Positions 1 to 9,676 of a stretch of 64,000 nt of DNA are shown here, piece after piece. Each line of letters opens with the position of its first letter. Position 1 is the first letter of the stretch. Origin of the DNA: Escherichia phage vB_vPM_PD114. Below the pieces are notes generated by a model. The model ran no database searches. It saw only the letters and a program-made list of their open reading frames with translations, and was not told the origin of the DNA. Location of the stretch: the sequence record MH675927.1. The stretch is one strand, 5' to 3'. Made by a program: the position numbers and the translations under genes.

Positions 1-1234
1 CCGCAAAGAACATATAAATACGTCCTGTCTCTGCTCTTTGTGTAATAATTTCTGCCAGAAGATCTCGTGCTTTTACAAACTTCTTCTTAATACGTTTGCG
101 ACTAACTTTTTCATATACTTCTTCAAACTCTTCCTCGCTTTTATAAAGCGCCTCATAGAGTTCTGGTGCTTCGTCATAACTAACTAGCATCCAATCTTTA
201 CCTTTTGCTGCACGGCGCAGGAAAGCATTGTTTACTACGATAGAGTAATCAAGTTTATCTACTCGTTTTTCACTAACAGTAGTTGGGTTTTTCAAACGTA
301 CCAAATCTTCAAAATCAGGTTCTAATATTGTAAACGTTACTGTTGCACTTCCACCACGACTTGCTTGTTTTGATGCTCCAACACTTGTCTCCATCCATTT
401 CAGATATGGTAAAAGACCACCGTGAACGATACGGTTGTTCTTAACACCTTGTCCTGTGGCACGGGTTTGAAGGTTAACACCAATACCTGCATTATTCAAT
501 GTATATTCATGCGCAAGATAGTTAGCAATTGCTAAAGATTCTGCTGTATCATCTGCTCTAAACAGACAACAAGAAGCACTACCTTTAATCTTAGTACGCA
601 AAGTTGTTAAATAAGGCGATGGTAAATTAATCTTAAGATCACTTACGTAGGTATATAGACGTTTAATGTCTTCTACTCTGCGATCTTTTGGTTGGATTTC
701 CATTACCTTCATTGCTACACCAATGAATAAAAACTGTGGTGATTCAAAAACAACATCATTGATCGCATCTTTCACAAGATACTTATCAACCATCTGGCGC
801 AGTACGGAATAACCATAAGTTAGGTTTTTATCGTGATTGACAATTTTACCAATCTCAATAATTTCTTCTTCTGTATAATCCATTTTTCCCCAATAGCCTT
901 TACTTACAGACATATTGTAGAAATCCAGGAGGGAGGGGATATTATGATATCCCCCATGAGCCTGTTTATAAATCATACCAAGAAGTAACCGACCTGCCAT
1001 ATCACTATATGCCTGATCTTTCTTATCAATACATGCTGCTATCATAGCTTTATGTAAATCACGAGTAGGCACACCGTCGTAACAACGTTTAACAGCTTCA
1101 AGTTCAATTTCAGACCAATTTAATTTACCAGCAGCAAACTCTGACCATTTACGAAGTTTTTCTGGATTAAATTCTTCTTTCTTGCCGTTTGTTTTTGTTA
1201 CATAACGGATAGATTTGCTTAGATACTGAGTCAC
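1..1234 (-). CDS. nrdA: Ribonucleotide reductase class Ia alpha subunit (NrdA-like), N-terminal ~410 aa; C-terminal part lies beyond the left window edge
   Basis: Own minus-strand translation: VTQYLSKSIRYVTKTNGKKEEFNPEKLRKW... (ATP-cone-like) then ...YTEEEIIEIGKIVNHDKNLTYGYSVLRQMVDKYLVKD...FESPQFLFIGVAM..., colinear with E. coli NrdA N-terminus. GTG start at 1234 preceded by AGGAG. Frame stays open to position 1. Confidence 0.6.
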   Translation of the reverse strand, partial: MTQYLSKSIRYVTKTNGKKEEFNPEKLRKWSEFAAGKLNWSEIELEAVKRCYDGVPTRDLHKAMIAACIDKKDQAYSDMAGRLLLGMIYKQAHGGYHNIPSLLDFYNMSVSKGYWGKMDYTEEEIIEIGKIVNHDKNLTYGYSVLRQMVDKYLVKDAINDVVFESPQFLFIGVAMKVMEIQPKDRRVEDIKRLYTYVSDLKINLPSPYLTTLRTKIKGSASCCLFRADDTAESLAIANYLAHEYTLNNAGIGVNLQTRATGQGVKNNRIVHGGLLPYLKWMETSVGASKQASRGGSATVTFTILEPDFEDLVRLKNPTTVSEKRVDKLDYSIVVNNAFLRRAAKGKDWMLVSYDEAPELYEALYKSEEEFEEVYEKVSRKRIKKKFVKARDLLAEIITQRAETGRIYMFFA

Positions 1235-1245
1235 TTCCTCTCCTA

Positions 1246-1506
1246 TTAATTGTGCATGTTTAGAACATCTACATCATAACCGCCACGCATCTCATTATAT
1301 AAGCCATTTGCGTATAGAAAACCTTCAAAATGATCTATACCTTCAAAACCTTTTGCCTTTGCTTTGCGGTCTGCTTCTTGTCTTTTTGGGGATAATCTTT
1401 TAGATGTATCAAGGATAACTGTTACATTGCAACCTAATGTTTCATCAAAATAGACTTCAATTTCACAGCCTTCATATTTATTACTTTCTGTCATTTGGCC
1501 TCTCAA
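1246..1506 (-). CDS. hypothetical protein (86 aa)
   Basis: ORF track; tightly packed in minus-strand operon; no recognisable motif. Confidence 0.35.
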   Translation of the reverse strand: MRGQMTESNKYEGCEIEVYFDETLGCNVTVILDTSKRLSPKRQEADRKAKAKGFEGIDHFEGFLYANGLYNEMRGGYDVDVLNMHN

Positions 1507-1917
1507 TTAGAATTCAGAATCATCATCTCGTGATGGATCATGTTCATTTCCGAAGTCTTCCATTTTGATATGAGAGCTACCCCAACCTGTAAAATCTTCT
1601 TCTCCAAAGTGCAAAATATCTACACCTTGATAGATTCGCTTATATTTATAGTCTTGTCGAACTGGGAAAGTATACAATGTAGTATTTGCAAACACCACAC
1701 GTCGATTGTTGTTACTACGAATATTAACACCACGTTCTACTGTATAATGTCCATCGGTAGACATACCAAGCATTACTAATGCTGCTCGCAATGTAGTGTT
1801 ATGATACTCGTGAGGAATTTTTCCTCCGTGTTTTTTAGCCATTTCTTTCCAGATCGGTGTAGCCTTAATGGTAGACATACTTACGGTCGCCCAAATGGTT
1901 GTATTAATTAGTGACAT
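1507..1917 (-). CDS. hypothetical protein (136 aa), acidic C-terminus
   Basis: ORF track; abuts downstream ORF; hairpin GGAGAGC-ata-GCTCTCC lies just upstream at ~1931-1950. Confidence 0.35.
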   Translation of the reverse strand: MSLINTTIWATVSMSTIKATPIWKEMAKKHGGKIPHEYHNTTLRAALVMLGMSTDGHYTVERGVNIRSNNNRRVVFANTTLYTFPVRQDYKYKRIYQGVDILHFGEEDFTGWGSSHIKMEDFGNEHDPSRDDDSEF

Positions 1918-2014
1918 AAATTCTCCTTCTCTCTTTTAAGGAGAGCATAGCTCTCCTAACGTTAGCCTATACTACACGAATCTCAATTAAAAGTCAACTA
2001 TAATTTTAAGTTGA

Positions 2015-2986
2015 TCACCATTTTGTATGGTTAGTCAAAAGTTGACGATGTTGAATCCAACCACAGAAGTTTCCACTCCATAAACGATGTTTACGATCCA
2101 TATGTGTAATACCTTCTTCCCAAGAAGTAGGGAACGGAGGAATATTAATACCACCTTTCTGTTGTTTTAATCCTGACAAATCCATTTCTTTCATTGGTGT
2201 TGCCTGGTGTTCAAACGGGGATGCATGTACCTTTTGTCCAGACAGCAAACGAGAATAGATATCCAATGCTTTATCTTTAGTATCATTCAACTTACGATAA
2301 CTTACCTGAGCGCAACAAGAAGCTGAAATAGCTTTTGCTTCATCTTCTGTCAACATTTTCTCGTTGGAGAAGGTTTCACCCAAGAAATAACGGATCATAC
2401 CAGTTTCTGGATCTCGATCACGATTAACGTAAGGTGTATGCCATTCTCCTGGGAAAAGAAGATATGGTTCAGAAGATTCATACAGTTTTTTAATTTCTTT
2501 AGCAAGAGCCTCAATAGTAGGATCTGCATCAGCATCTACGCGCAACCACAAGAAGTTTTCTAGCTCTGTAGTGGTTACTACAGTCTTCATACGCTGAAAT
2601 GGTTCTAGTAGTCGGTTTGCAACCTGTTTATGATAACCAGCAAGGGCAAACTCTTCTGCAAAACGTGCAGCACTTAGCGCAGCCAAGTCCCACCATTCTT
2701 TTGCAGTATAACCTGCATCAATCAGGGCATCGTGATCTGTGCCTTTATCTTGCATACCTGGTTGGTTAGCACCAAAGCGATAAGGACGTGCTGGAGATTG
2801 CCGTACCATTTCAATTAGAGTTTTAACAGGGATAGCTCGACTTGATGCGGCATTACGAGAAAACAAACGATGCGTCATCAATTCAGAGTGAATGATTCGA
2901 GGATATTCAAGTTCAAAGGTAACAATATCCTTACCTTCGGATGTTTGAGAGTGTGCAATAATTTTTGCTGAAATAGAATTTGTCAT
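2015..2986 (-). CDS. flavin-dependent thymidylate synthase (ThyX)-like protein
   Basis: Motif ...THRLFSRNAASSR... resembles the ThyX signature (RHRxxSxNxxSxR); no ThyA motifs; sits beside thymidine kinase. Assignment tentative. Confidence 0.45.
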   Translation of the reverse strand: MTNSISAKIIAHSQTSEGKDIVTFELEYPRIIHSELMTHRLFSRNAASSRAIPVKTLIEMVRQSPARPYRFGANQPGMQDKGTDHDALIDAGYTAKEWWDLAALSAARFAEEFALAGYHKQVANRLLEPFQRMKTVVTTTELENFLWLRVDADADPTIEALAKEIKKLYESSEPYLLFPGEWHTPYVNRDRDPETGMIRYFLGETFSNEKMLTEDEAKAISASCCAQVSYRKLNDTKDKALDIYSRLLSGQKVHASPFEHQATPMKEMDLSGLKQQKGGINIPPFPTSWEEGITHMDRKHRLWSGNFCGWIQHRQLLTNHTKW

Positions 2987-2995
2987 TATTTCTCC

Positions 2996-3586
2996 TTAAG
3001 GTAGTAAAATACTTTCAATTTCTTCCCACTGATTATCTAAACCAGTGATAATTACATTAGGAAGTTTCTTTAACTCTTCCAAATATGGATCTTCGTAAAT
3101 AGTGTTGAAATATATTTTCAACGTTTCATCTGGAAACAGGACAAGATTTTCAGCCCTATCGTCAATAGTTACATCGCAAGGTAATAAGTATTTTTCTTTT
3201 GTTGCGAAAAAACCATTACCAGATGTTCTACTAAAATCCACTTTATCTAAAGATCGTGTTACGTGTCTATATTTAGAACTAAGGTGTCCACCCTTAGTGT
3301 GGCTTGCTATAGATATATTAGCTCCATTTGCAATTATACGATGAACAACATCTGTACTATTAGGTACTACTCCCATAGTATCATATAGATGTTGGTTATC
3401 CCAAAAAGAGTAAGGATCTACACCAAATTGCTTTTTAAAATCAGGGAAATATTTCGTAATATCATAGTGCACAGTTTTATGTGTCTTATCAAATTTGATA
3501 TTAGATCTACTTACCGCATTTAACCAATTTAACCATTCTATATCCGCTGGAGCTATTACTAAATCCCAATCACATACTAGACGCAT
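2996..3586 (-). CDS. hypothetical protein (start moved to internal ATG with AGGAG RBS; track ORF 2996-3700 would overlap tdk by 131 nt)
   Basis: Minus-strand sequence AGGAGAAATA-ATG at 3586; ORF track. Confidence 0.4.
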   Translation of the reverse strand: MRLVCDWDLVIAPADIEWLNWLNAVSRSNIKFDKTHKTVHYDITKYFPDFKKQFGVDPYSFWDNQHLYDTMGVVPNSTDVVHRIIANGANISIASHTKGGHLSSKYRHVTRSLDKVDFSRTSGNGFFATKEKYLLPCDVTIDDRAENLVLFPDETLKIYFNTIYEDPYLEELKKLPNVIITGLDNQWEEIESILLP

Positions 3587-4133
3587 TATTTCTCCTGTTA
3601 TAACATTTTCTACACATTGTTTCGTAAATGTCTTCTCCTCCAATAACAATCTGTTCTTTAGAGTCGATAAGTCTAGCATTGAAAATAGCTTTTCTTCCAC
3701 ATTTACAAATGCTTTTCAATTCTGTAATTGAATCTGCTATGGCTAATAACCGTTCAGAACCTTCAAACAATTCTGTAGCAAAATCTGTTTTAAGTCCATA
3801 GCAGAATACAGGAATATCGTAATTATCTACCACATCTCCAAGAATGTCAACCATATCTTTAGTTAGGAATTGTGATTCGTCCACAAATACTGCATCTACT
3901 GGATTTTCTTTAAGTTGTGTATAAATTTCCAGCATATCTTCTTTTGTTTTAACTGGTTTTGCTTCCTCTTTAATACCTATCCTGGAAGCAATAGCACCAC
4001 CAGATCTGGTATCTAAAGCTGAAGTTAAAAGAAGAACTTTCATATTTCTTTCTTTATAGTTCCAAGCTGTTTGTAGCAGATGTGTGCTTTTACCACTGTT
4101 CATTGGACTATATCGGAAATAAAGTTTAGCCAT
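3570..4133 (-). CDS. tdk: thymidine kinase
   Basis: MAKLYFRYSPMNSGKSTHLLQ (P-loop), VFVDESQFL, CYGLKTDF, CKCGRKA...CRKCY; near-colinear with E. coli Tdk. Confidence 0.85.
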   Translation of the reverse strand: MAKLYFRYSPMNSGKSTHLLQTAWNYKERNMKVLLLTSALDTRSGGAIASRIGIKEEAKPVKTKEDMLEIYTQLKENPVDAVFVDESQFLTKDMVDILGDVVDNYDIPVFCYGLKTDFATELFEGSERLLAIADSITELKSICKCGRKAIFNARLIDSKEQIVIGGEDIYETMCRKCYNRRNNASSM

Positions 4134-4178
4134 ATTTTCTCCTCTAACGCTCCCATTTGTGGGAGCGATAATACTTTA

Positions 4179-4754
4179 TTATTTTTCTTCATCAAGAAGA
4201 ATTTTTACTATTTGTTTTCTTCGCTTACTTACTGTACTTTCTGGTGAAATTCCGCGCTTCGTTAGCCAATTTTTATCCTTTTTAGACTGGCATAAAGCTA
4301 TCGCTTCCTTCTCCGCTTTTGCTTCCCTGAATGTCATATCGTGCTTGTCAGCATAAGCTAGGATAGCGTTACACTGCTTACAAACTACACGCAGGTCGTC
4401 TTCTGTTACATACAATAGGCGTAAAACAAAACTTGGGATATCTTCATAACAGGTTAATGTACCTGCTGCATTAATATGGTCTACTTGAAAGTCTTTCATA
4501 CCTCCTGTATGTCCACACAATTCACATTTACAATTCCAAACCTGTTTCGGTTTGCCTGTTTTCTTATCTAAAACTACATTGCCATCTTTGTCCAACCTAT
4601 CGGCTTTAAATCGTACAGATTGGATCTTTTTTATCTTATTCGGGTGTCTCACCCATGCTTTCCTTAAGCAACCCCTTAAATATGTATAAAAGGCTGCTTG
4701 AGTTTTCCAAGGTGTTCCATCTCCCCAAATAATTTTAGGTTCTTTATTTTCCAA
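4179..4754 (-). CDS. HNH endonuclease
   Basis: CKCELCGHTG...DFQVDHINAAG...CKQCNAILAYADKH: Cys pairs flanking a His-Asn-His-type core. Confidence 0.6.
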   Translation of the reverse strand: MENKEPKIIWGDGTPWKTQAAFYTYLRGCLRKAWVRHPNKIKKIQSVRFKADRLDKDGNVVLDKKTGKPKQVWNCKCELCGHTGGMKDFQVDHINAAGTLTCYEDIPSFVLRLLYVTEDDLRVVCKQCNAILAYADKHDMTFREAKAEKEAIALCQSKKDKNWLTKRGISPESTVSKRRKQIVKILLDEEK

Positions 4755-4938
4755 TAGTGCTCACCTTTTTAGCTACATAATCTCCAGGTGGAATGTTATA
4801 TTTAAAGAAAAGCATACGGTCTAAACCAGCCTTACACATGTTTTCTGGGATTGTGATTGTATATAGGAGTTTATCTCCACGTTTATTGTATATTTTATAT
4901 ACTTCACCCTCTCCGTATTGTTTACCGTGAGAAGCCAT
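4744..4938 (-). CDS. hypothetical protein (64 aa)
   Basis: ORF track; overlaps neighbours by a few nt (coupled). Confidence 0.3.
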   Translation of the reverse strand: MASHGKQYGEGEVYKIYNKRGDKLLYTITIPENMCKAGLDRMLFFKYNIPPGDYVAKKVSTIGK

Positions 4939-5323
4939 CTACACTCTCCTTCAATTGTTCAATAGCATCTGCTGCTTCAATATACTTACCTTTATACATT
5001 GCTTTTAAAGCCTTACGAACAAGATTATCGTCTGTGTATAAATCAATTAGCTGATTAGCTAACTCAATTTTTACAGGATTTTTTAAGTTAGGGTAGGCTT
5101 CATACAACATATTGTAATATTTATCACTCAATTCTTTTTCAATATGAATAACGTGAATCGCTTTGTTTAGGTTGATCACACGATCACCTTTGTTTCGACA
5201 AGCATACTTAGCTAACTTAGTGAAACAAGGAGTTGCACCAATTAGATATGCAAGTTCCAAAGGTTGCATACGCATACGTTTGTAGTGATCACCATCAATT
5301 TGAATATCCAGTGCTGTAGTCAT
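4922..5323 (-). CDS. hypothetical protein (133 aa)
   Basis: ORF track. Confidence 0.35.
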   Translation of the reverse strand: MTTALDIQIDGDHYKRMRMQPLELAYLIGATPCFTKLAKYACRNKGDRVINLNKAIHVIHIEKELSDKYYNMLYEAYPNLKNPVKIELANQLIDLYTDDNLVRKALKAMYKGKYIEAADAIEQLKESVDGFSR

Positions 5324-5332
5324 AAATCCTCC

Positions 5333-5364
5333 AAAAATAAAGGGGCTTTCGCCCCTTTTTATTA
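5333..5364. terminator. hairpin AAGGGGC-TTTC-GCCCCTT flanked by A/T runs (bidirectional terminator/attenuator candidate)
   Basis: Perfect 7-bp GC-rich stem with TTTC loop followed by TTTTTATT; same hairpin sequence recurs at 58522. Confidence 0.45.
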
Positions 5365-6324
5365 AATTCCAATAACAGTGTTTACACGCTTCTCTTTGCT
5401 ACGCAAATTAACACGTCCACGAGACAGGCTATTACATGATGTGCATCTTAGCACTTGGAATGTACTAACCGCTGTTGTGTAAACCTTACCAGGAACAACT
5501 TCAAGGTGCTCTTTACCGCAACGAGGACAACGAAGTTTTTCATCGTCATAGAATGCAGATACGTTAGGATGTTGTGGAATCCACGCACGAAGTTTGATGT
5601 AAAGATCTCTAAGAGAAACAACATCACCATCGTTGTATGTTTGCATACGGAAGAAGGCGTGTCTGTCTCCTTCACAACATGCTTTCCACAAAGGAAAACC
5701 TTCATTATCAAGTTTAAAGTTTTCTGTATCAAAATACAAACACATTTCTTTAAGCGCATTAGAAGGTAGTGCAAACTGCTTCTTAGCTGCCTTGAGTGTA
5801 TCAATCACAACATAGTGTGATGGTGGCTCCATACCGTGAAAAGCAAAACGTTGGTTAATATAAGCCTTATCAAACTTAATACCGTTGTGTGCGATCACAA
5901 TATCTGCATCGTCAAGCAAGTGCCACAGATCTTGACATAATTCCCAATCATCTGTATGATCTATGTCAAACAGAGGATAATTGCTAAGGTTCTTACCTTC
6001 TACTTCTCCTGTTTCTAAATCAGCAGATGAATAGGAAAGCAAGTAACCTCGACGAATAACTTGTTCAGGTGCAATAAAGGCTTTGAAACGTGAGAAGCTA
6101 TACACAATCTCCGGTGCTGTCTCTACGTCAATAATTTTAATTACTGGCCCACCTTTATCTTGGGGAGCACCGCGATGTGGTGAATTTACACGAGCTAAGT
6201 AATCATTTACTGTGCTCTTCTTAGTAGAACTTCCCAACACCTCTTGTGCAATCTTACGCGAAGAATAACCTTGTGCTTTCATAGATACAATCAAGGCTTT
6301 CTGTTCGTCTGTTAATTTACTCAA
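5362..6324 (-). CDS. DEDD-type 3'-5' exonuclease (DnaQ-like) with N-terminal HTH and C-terminal zinc ribbon
   Basis: IIDVETAP (Exo I), HNGIKFD (Exo II), YNDGDV (Exo III); N-terminal SSRKIAQEV...STVNDYL; C-terminal CPRCG...CTSC. Confidence 0.5.
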   Translation of the reverse strand: MSKLTDEQKALIVSMKAQGYSSRKIAQEVLGSSTKKSTVNDYLARVNSPHRGAPQDKGGPVIKIIDVETAPEIVYSFSRFKAFIAPEQVIRRGYLLSYSSADLETGEVEGKNLSNYPLFDIDHTDDWELCQDLWHLLDDADIVIAHNGIKFDKAYINQRFAFHGMEPPSHYVVIDTLKAAKKQFALPSNALKEMCLYFDTENFKLDNEGFPLWKACCEGDRHAFFRMQTYNDGDVVSLRDLYIKLRAWIPQHPNVSAFYDDEKLRCPRCGKEHLEVVPGKVYTTAVSTFQVLRCTSCNSLSRGRVNLRSKEKRVNTVIGI

Positions 6325-7355
6325 TGTTCCTCCTGCTCTGAAATATATGCTTGTAGCATACTTTCAAAAGTTGTTTCATCATTCGCCCAACGTTTCATAT
6401 ATACCAACTGAAAAATTGTCTCTATCCATTCATCAGTTGTCATCTCTACTTCTTCACCATCCCAAGAAGTAAATTTAACGCCATCTGGGAACCATTCATA
6501 ATACTGATCTTTAACTGTCTGAAAAAGTTCAGCCTGTGTTTTACATTTGGAAATAAGATTAAAGCAAGTAATATCTCCAAACTTAACATCGAAATCTTGG
6601 TAAGGTCGAATACTATCTGTCTTATCGCCCATTAGCATTTGATAAGCTAACCAGTAACTACCCCAACCCTTAATTTCTTTTTTCTTACCTTTTTCTACGA
6701 TCCAGATATCGCCAATAGATTCATCAATCAGAATAATACAAGGATTTTTATAAACACCATCCTCTTTATAAAAGTTAAAGAGTAAACTTGGTGTGTGCAA
6801 GCTATCTTTGTCGATAGATGCTACAATATGAGAAAACTTACCAGTTTCCTTGTAGGCTTTATACCCTGCATATCCATAGATTTCTAAAGCATCATCTGCC
6901 TCAATACCAGTAACAACGTCACCGTTATGTTTTTCAACTAGATAATCTTTAGTATCTGATAAATGGATTGGTCTTAAATCTGATCGTTCTGATTTATATT
7001 CTTTTGGCATTTTGAAAGAATGCCGGAAGGTTTTTCCTACCCCGATGACACCGCAATACTTTTGAAGTTTTAGGTGATCCATCATCTGGGTTATTTTTGT
7101 CTTTGCAGCTTGAAACGTAAAAGAAATATTATCTGGGACTATTTGAACATCTTTTATTTCAAAATCTTCTCTAGAGAACAACTTTTTACCAGCAGCTTCG
7201 CGTTGCGCGTTAAGTGCTCCTAACCATCCTCCAATATTTTTTGAAGATTTACCCCAAAAATCTGTTCTTGTTTCAAACTCTTTTACATTACCGGAAGCCT
7301 TGTGTACAGCGTGGATTTTTCTTTGTTCTAAAGCTGAAGACGCTTGGAACGCCAC
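6321..7355 (-). CDS. putative 5'-3' exonuclease / flap endonuclease-like protein
   Basis: GIEADDALEIYGY resembles the EADD metal-binding motif of T5 D15 / T4 RNase H family; weak. Confidence 0.3.
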   Translation of the reverse strand: MAFQASSALEQRKIHAVHKASGNVKEFETRTDFWGKSSKNIGGWLGALNAQREAAGKKLFSREDFEIKDVQIVPDNISFTFQAAKTKITQMMDHLKLQKYCGVIGVGKTFRHSFKMPKEYKSERSDLRPIHLSDTKDYLVEKHNGDVVTGIEADDALEIYGYAGYKAYKETGKFSHIVASIDKDSLHTPSLLFNFYKEDGVYKNPCIILIDESIGDIWIVEKGKKKEIKGWGSYWLAYQMLMGDKTDSIRPYQDFDVKFGDITCFNLISKCKTQAELFQTVKDQYYEWFPDGVKFTSWDGEEVEMTTDEWIETIFQLVYMKRWANDETTFESMLQAYISEQEEH

Positions 7356-7447
7356 TTGATCGTAGTCTATTGCAAGAATTGTGTTCTCGTCAACATATTT
7401 GTGCAGGTCTTCCGGTTGGATTAAAATGTAACCGCTAATATTACCTC

Positions 7448-7660
7448 CTATTCATCATCTGAACTCTCTGTTGAGAATGTTCGTGTGTAGGGACACTGAC
7501 GACTTGCAGAAACCTCTATAACCTTGTCGTACATACCGTTAGAGTAAAAACAGTATTTTGTACTTCCAGAAACTTGTTCTCCAGAATTAATTAAAGTTAT
7601 TTGACCAGCATAAGAATAAGAACTGATTACTAAAAGTAAACCGACAAGAAGTTTTTTCAT
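7448..7660 (-). CDS. small secreted protein (signal peptide, 70 aa)
   Basis: MKKLLVGLLLVISSYSYA|GQ... classic Sec signal; two Cys in mature part. Confidence 0.4.
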   Translation of the reverse strand: MKKLLVGLLLVISSYSYAGQITLINSGEQVSGSTKYCFYSNGMYDKVIEVSASRQCPYTRTFSTESSDDE

Positions 7661-7734
7661 GGTGTGTCTCCTTAAAAGCCCACCTAACTAAGTAGGTAGG
7701 CATATTAACACATATTAAATTAGTAAGTCAAGTA

Positions 7735-8619
7735 TTATTTTTGAATAGTTGACTTGATAAGGTCTTGCATAATACCACGGATTTCGTTAAAGCACAGAAG
7801 GACAGATGCTTCAAAAGATCCTTCTTCATCATTAAAGTATTTAGGGAATTTAATACCACTCAACTTAAATTCTTTATCAACAATAAAGTTAACGAAACCG
7901 TCATATTCCAGGCCAATGGCAACAACGTGCTTACCATCTTCCATAAGTTCTACTGCACGAGATTCATAAAGGGACTCTTTACTCCATACAACCACACCTT
8001 CCGAATCTTCAAGTTTAATATAATTACCCAGGGTCAGTCGTTCAGCCTCATGTTCTTCTAAGATGGTATCAAAACCTTTAATAATGGCTTCTTCGTGTAC
8101 ACTAAACGGCAGAACTGGGAAAGTACCCAACACCTCACGAAGAAATACAGCAATATCTTCACTAATTTTCTTAGTACCATTAAGAACATAGGTAATACTG
8201 TTTTCAGTGTCTACAACAACATAGTTATAGAAATCATCTGCCTCTGTTTCTGGGAGCAGAGAAAACACAATATCAGCCTCAATTGCTTTTTTGCTTTCTT
8301 TGTCCAAGAAGAACTCTTTAGTAGGATTTGCAGCAATAAACTCTTGTTCCATCTCCTGGAGTTTTTCATTAAGAATGCGTTTAACTTTCTTCTTATTAAC
8401 TTTCTTAACAGACTGCCCTACTTTAATAACCTCTAAACCAGAGAACACTTTTACATAGGAACCATCATCTTCAAAACGAACAAGACCAATGGTATGTGCT
8501 TGTTGCCCCTGTGCCACAACAAAATCCAGCGGTTTGTCTGTTACTGTGTTCAGTGCTGAAATAGACAGACCATCACCAGAAATCAGGGTTACGCAAGATT
8601 TGAAATTTTTAGCAAACAT
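7735..8619 (-). CDS. hypothetical protein (294 aa; start set at ATG after GAGGAG, track start is TTG)
   Basis: Minus-strand GAGGAGAAAACT-ATG at 8619; ORF track. Confidence 0.4.
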   Translation of the reverse strand: MFAKNFKSCVTLISGDGLSISALNTVTDKPLDFVVAQGQQAHTIGLVRFEDDGSYVKVFSGLEVIKVGQSVKKVNKKKVKRILNEKLQEMEQEFIAANPTKEFFLDKESKKAIEADIVFSLLPETEADDFYNYVVVDTENSITYVLNGTKKISEDIAVFLREVLGTFPVLPFSVHEEAIIKGFDTILEEHEAERLTLGNYIKLEDSEGVVVWSKESLYESRAVELMEDGKHVVAIGLEYDGFVNFIVDKEFKLSGIKFPKYFNDEEGSFEASVLLCFNEIRGIMQDLIKSTIQK

Positions 8620-8629
8620 AGTTTTCTCC

Positions 8630-8908
8630 TCAAATAACAACTACAAAATATTTTACACCATCATATTCGACAATATGATCAGGATATTTAAATCCTTTAT
8701 AAGATTTACCAAACAGACTAACAGCTTCATTAGCTTTGTTTTGCGGATTACTCAACCACTGTTCTTCTGTGTAAAACTTAAATTCTGTTCTCTTACCTTC
8801 TTTTTCTAAACCAACAATTTCCTGTGTGATATCTTCAATACCTGCATTCTTCAAGGATTTGATCACCTGACGCAAACCGTGTTTAAAGATATCTTCTGCT
8901 GTTAACAT
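8630..8908 (-). CDS. hypothetical protein (92 aa)
   Basis: ATG preceded by GGAGG (spacing 5); ORF track. Confidence 0.4.
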   Translation of the reverse strand: MLTAEDIFKHGLRQVIKSLKNAGIEDITQEIVGLEKEGKRTEFKFYTEEQWLSNPQNKANEAVSLFGKSYKGFKYPDHIVEYDGVKYFVVVI

Positions 8909-8944
8909 AATACCTCCAATAAGCCCCCGAAGGGGCTTTATTTC

Positions 8945-9667
8945 TTAAGCAATGATTGCTGCGATATTAGGTTTAACAAAGGTAGATGGCTTCATAATTT
9001 TACCTTTGTCATCAAAGAATACGTATACCTTTTGAACTTCGTTATATACAGCATGTACTCCAGTATAAGAACCTTCTGCACGATCTTTGCTTCGCATCTC
9101 GATAGCATCACACTCTTTTTCAAGAGCTTCAACAATATCCTTAGTTTCCCAAATAGCCAGGAGTTGCTTCTTGGTAGGATACTTGGACTCATTGCTATTC
9201 AACACTTCACGCATAACCTTCTTCTCGTTATAAACAGAACGCACCAAAGTATCTCGTGCCATACGTGTAAGTGTAAGAGACATTAGGGCAAATTGCAAGT
9301 CATTTTCTACCATTTTATCAAATTCAATGATAACATCGTAAATGTTTTCTGCCAGAACATCTCCTGTCGGCATTTCCAGGGCTTTATCAACACCTTCTTT
9401 ACCAAAGAACATAAATGCCAGGTAGGATGCTACCACAAAAATATCTGCTGCTGCATCAAGTAATTCAACGTGATCATTTTCCTGTGCTGCTGCTTGGAAC
9501 TCTTTTAGTTCTTCTCGTACAAAAGAAAGTTGAGCTTCAAACATCTCTTGAGTAAATTCTGGGGTTACGCCACCACGTGCCTTAGCATTCCAAGCAACAA
9601 TTTGATCGGCAGCTTTGATAAAGAAGCTATTGTCCACTTTTACTTGTTTGAAAAAATTCTCGATCAT
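8945..9667 (-). CDS. MazG-like nucleoside triphosphate pyrophosphohydrolase (putative)
   Basis: EELKEFQAAAQENDHVELLDAAADIFVVASYLA resembles the MazG/all-alpha NTP-PPase EExxE...D motif; RBS GGAGAAACA-ATG. Confidence 0.4.
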   Translation of the reverse strand: MIENFFKQVKVDNSFFIKAADQIVAWNAKARGGVTPEFTQEMFEAQLSFVREELKEFQAAAQENDHVELLDAAADIFVVASYLAFMFFGKEGVDKALEMPTGDVLAENIYDVIIEFDKMVENDLQFALMSLTLTRMARDTLVRSVYNEKKVMREVLNSNESKYPTKKQLLAIWETKDIVEALEKECDAIEMRSKDRAEGSYTGVHAVYNEVQKVYVFFDDKGKIMKPSTFVKPNIAAIIA

Positions 9668-9676
9668 TGTTTCTCC

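Noticed and set aside
1540-1779. Plus-strand ORF inside the minus-strand early block, and similar antisense ORFs (e.g. 3102-3344, 5455-5769, 7765-8061, 12648-13208)
   Set aside because: Embedded antisense within longer, motif-bearing minus-strand genes; low-complexity products; no RBS.
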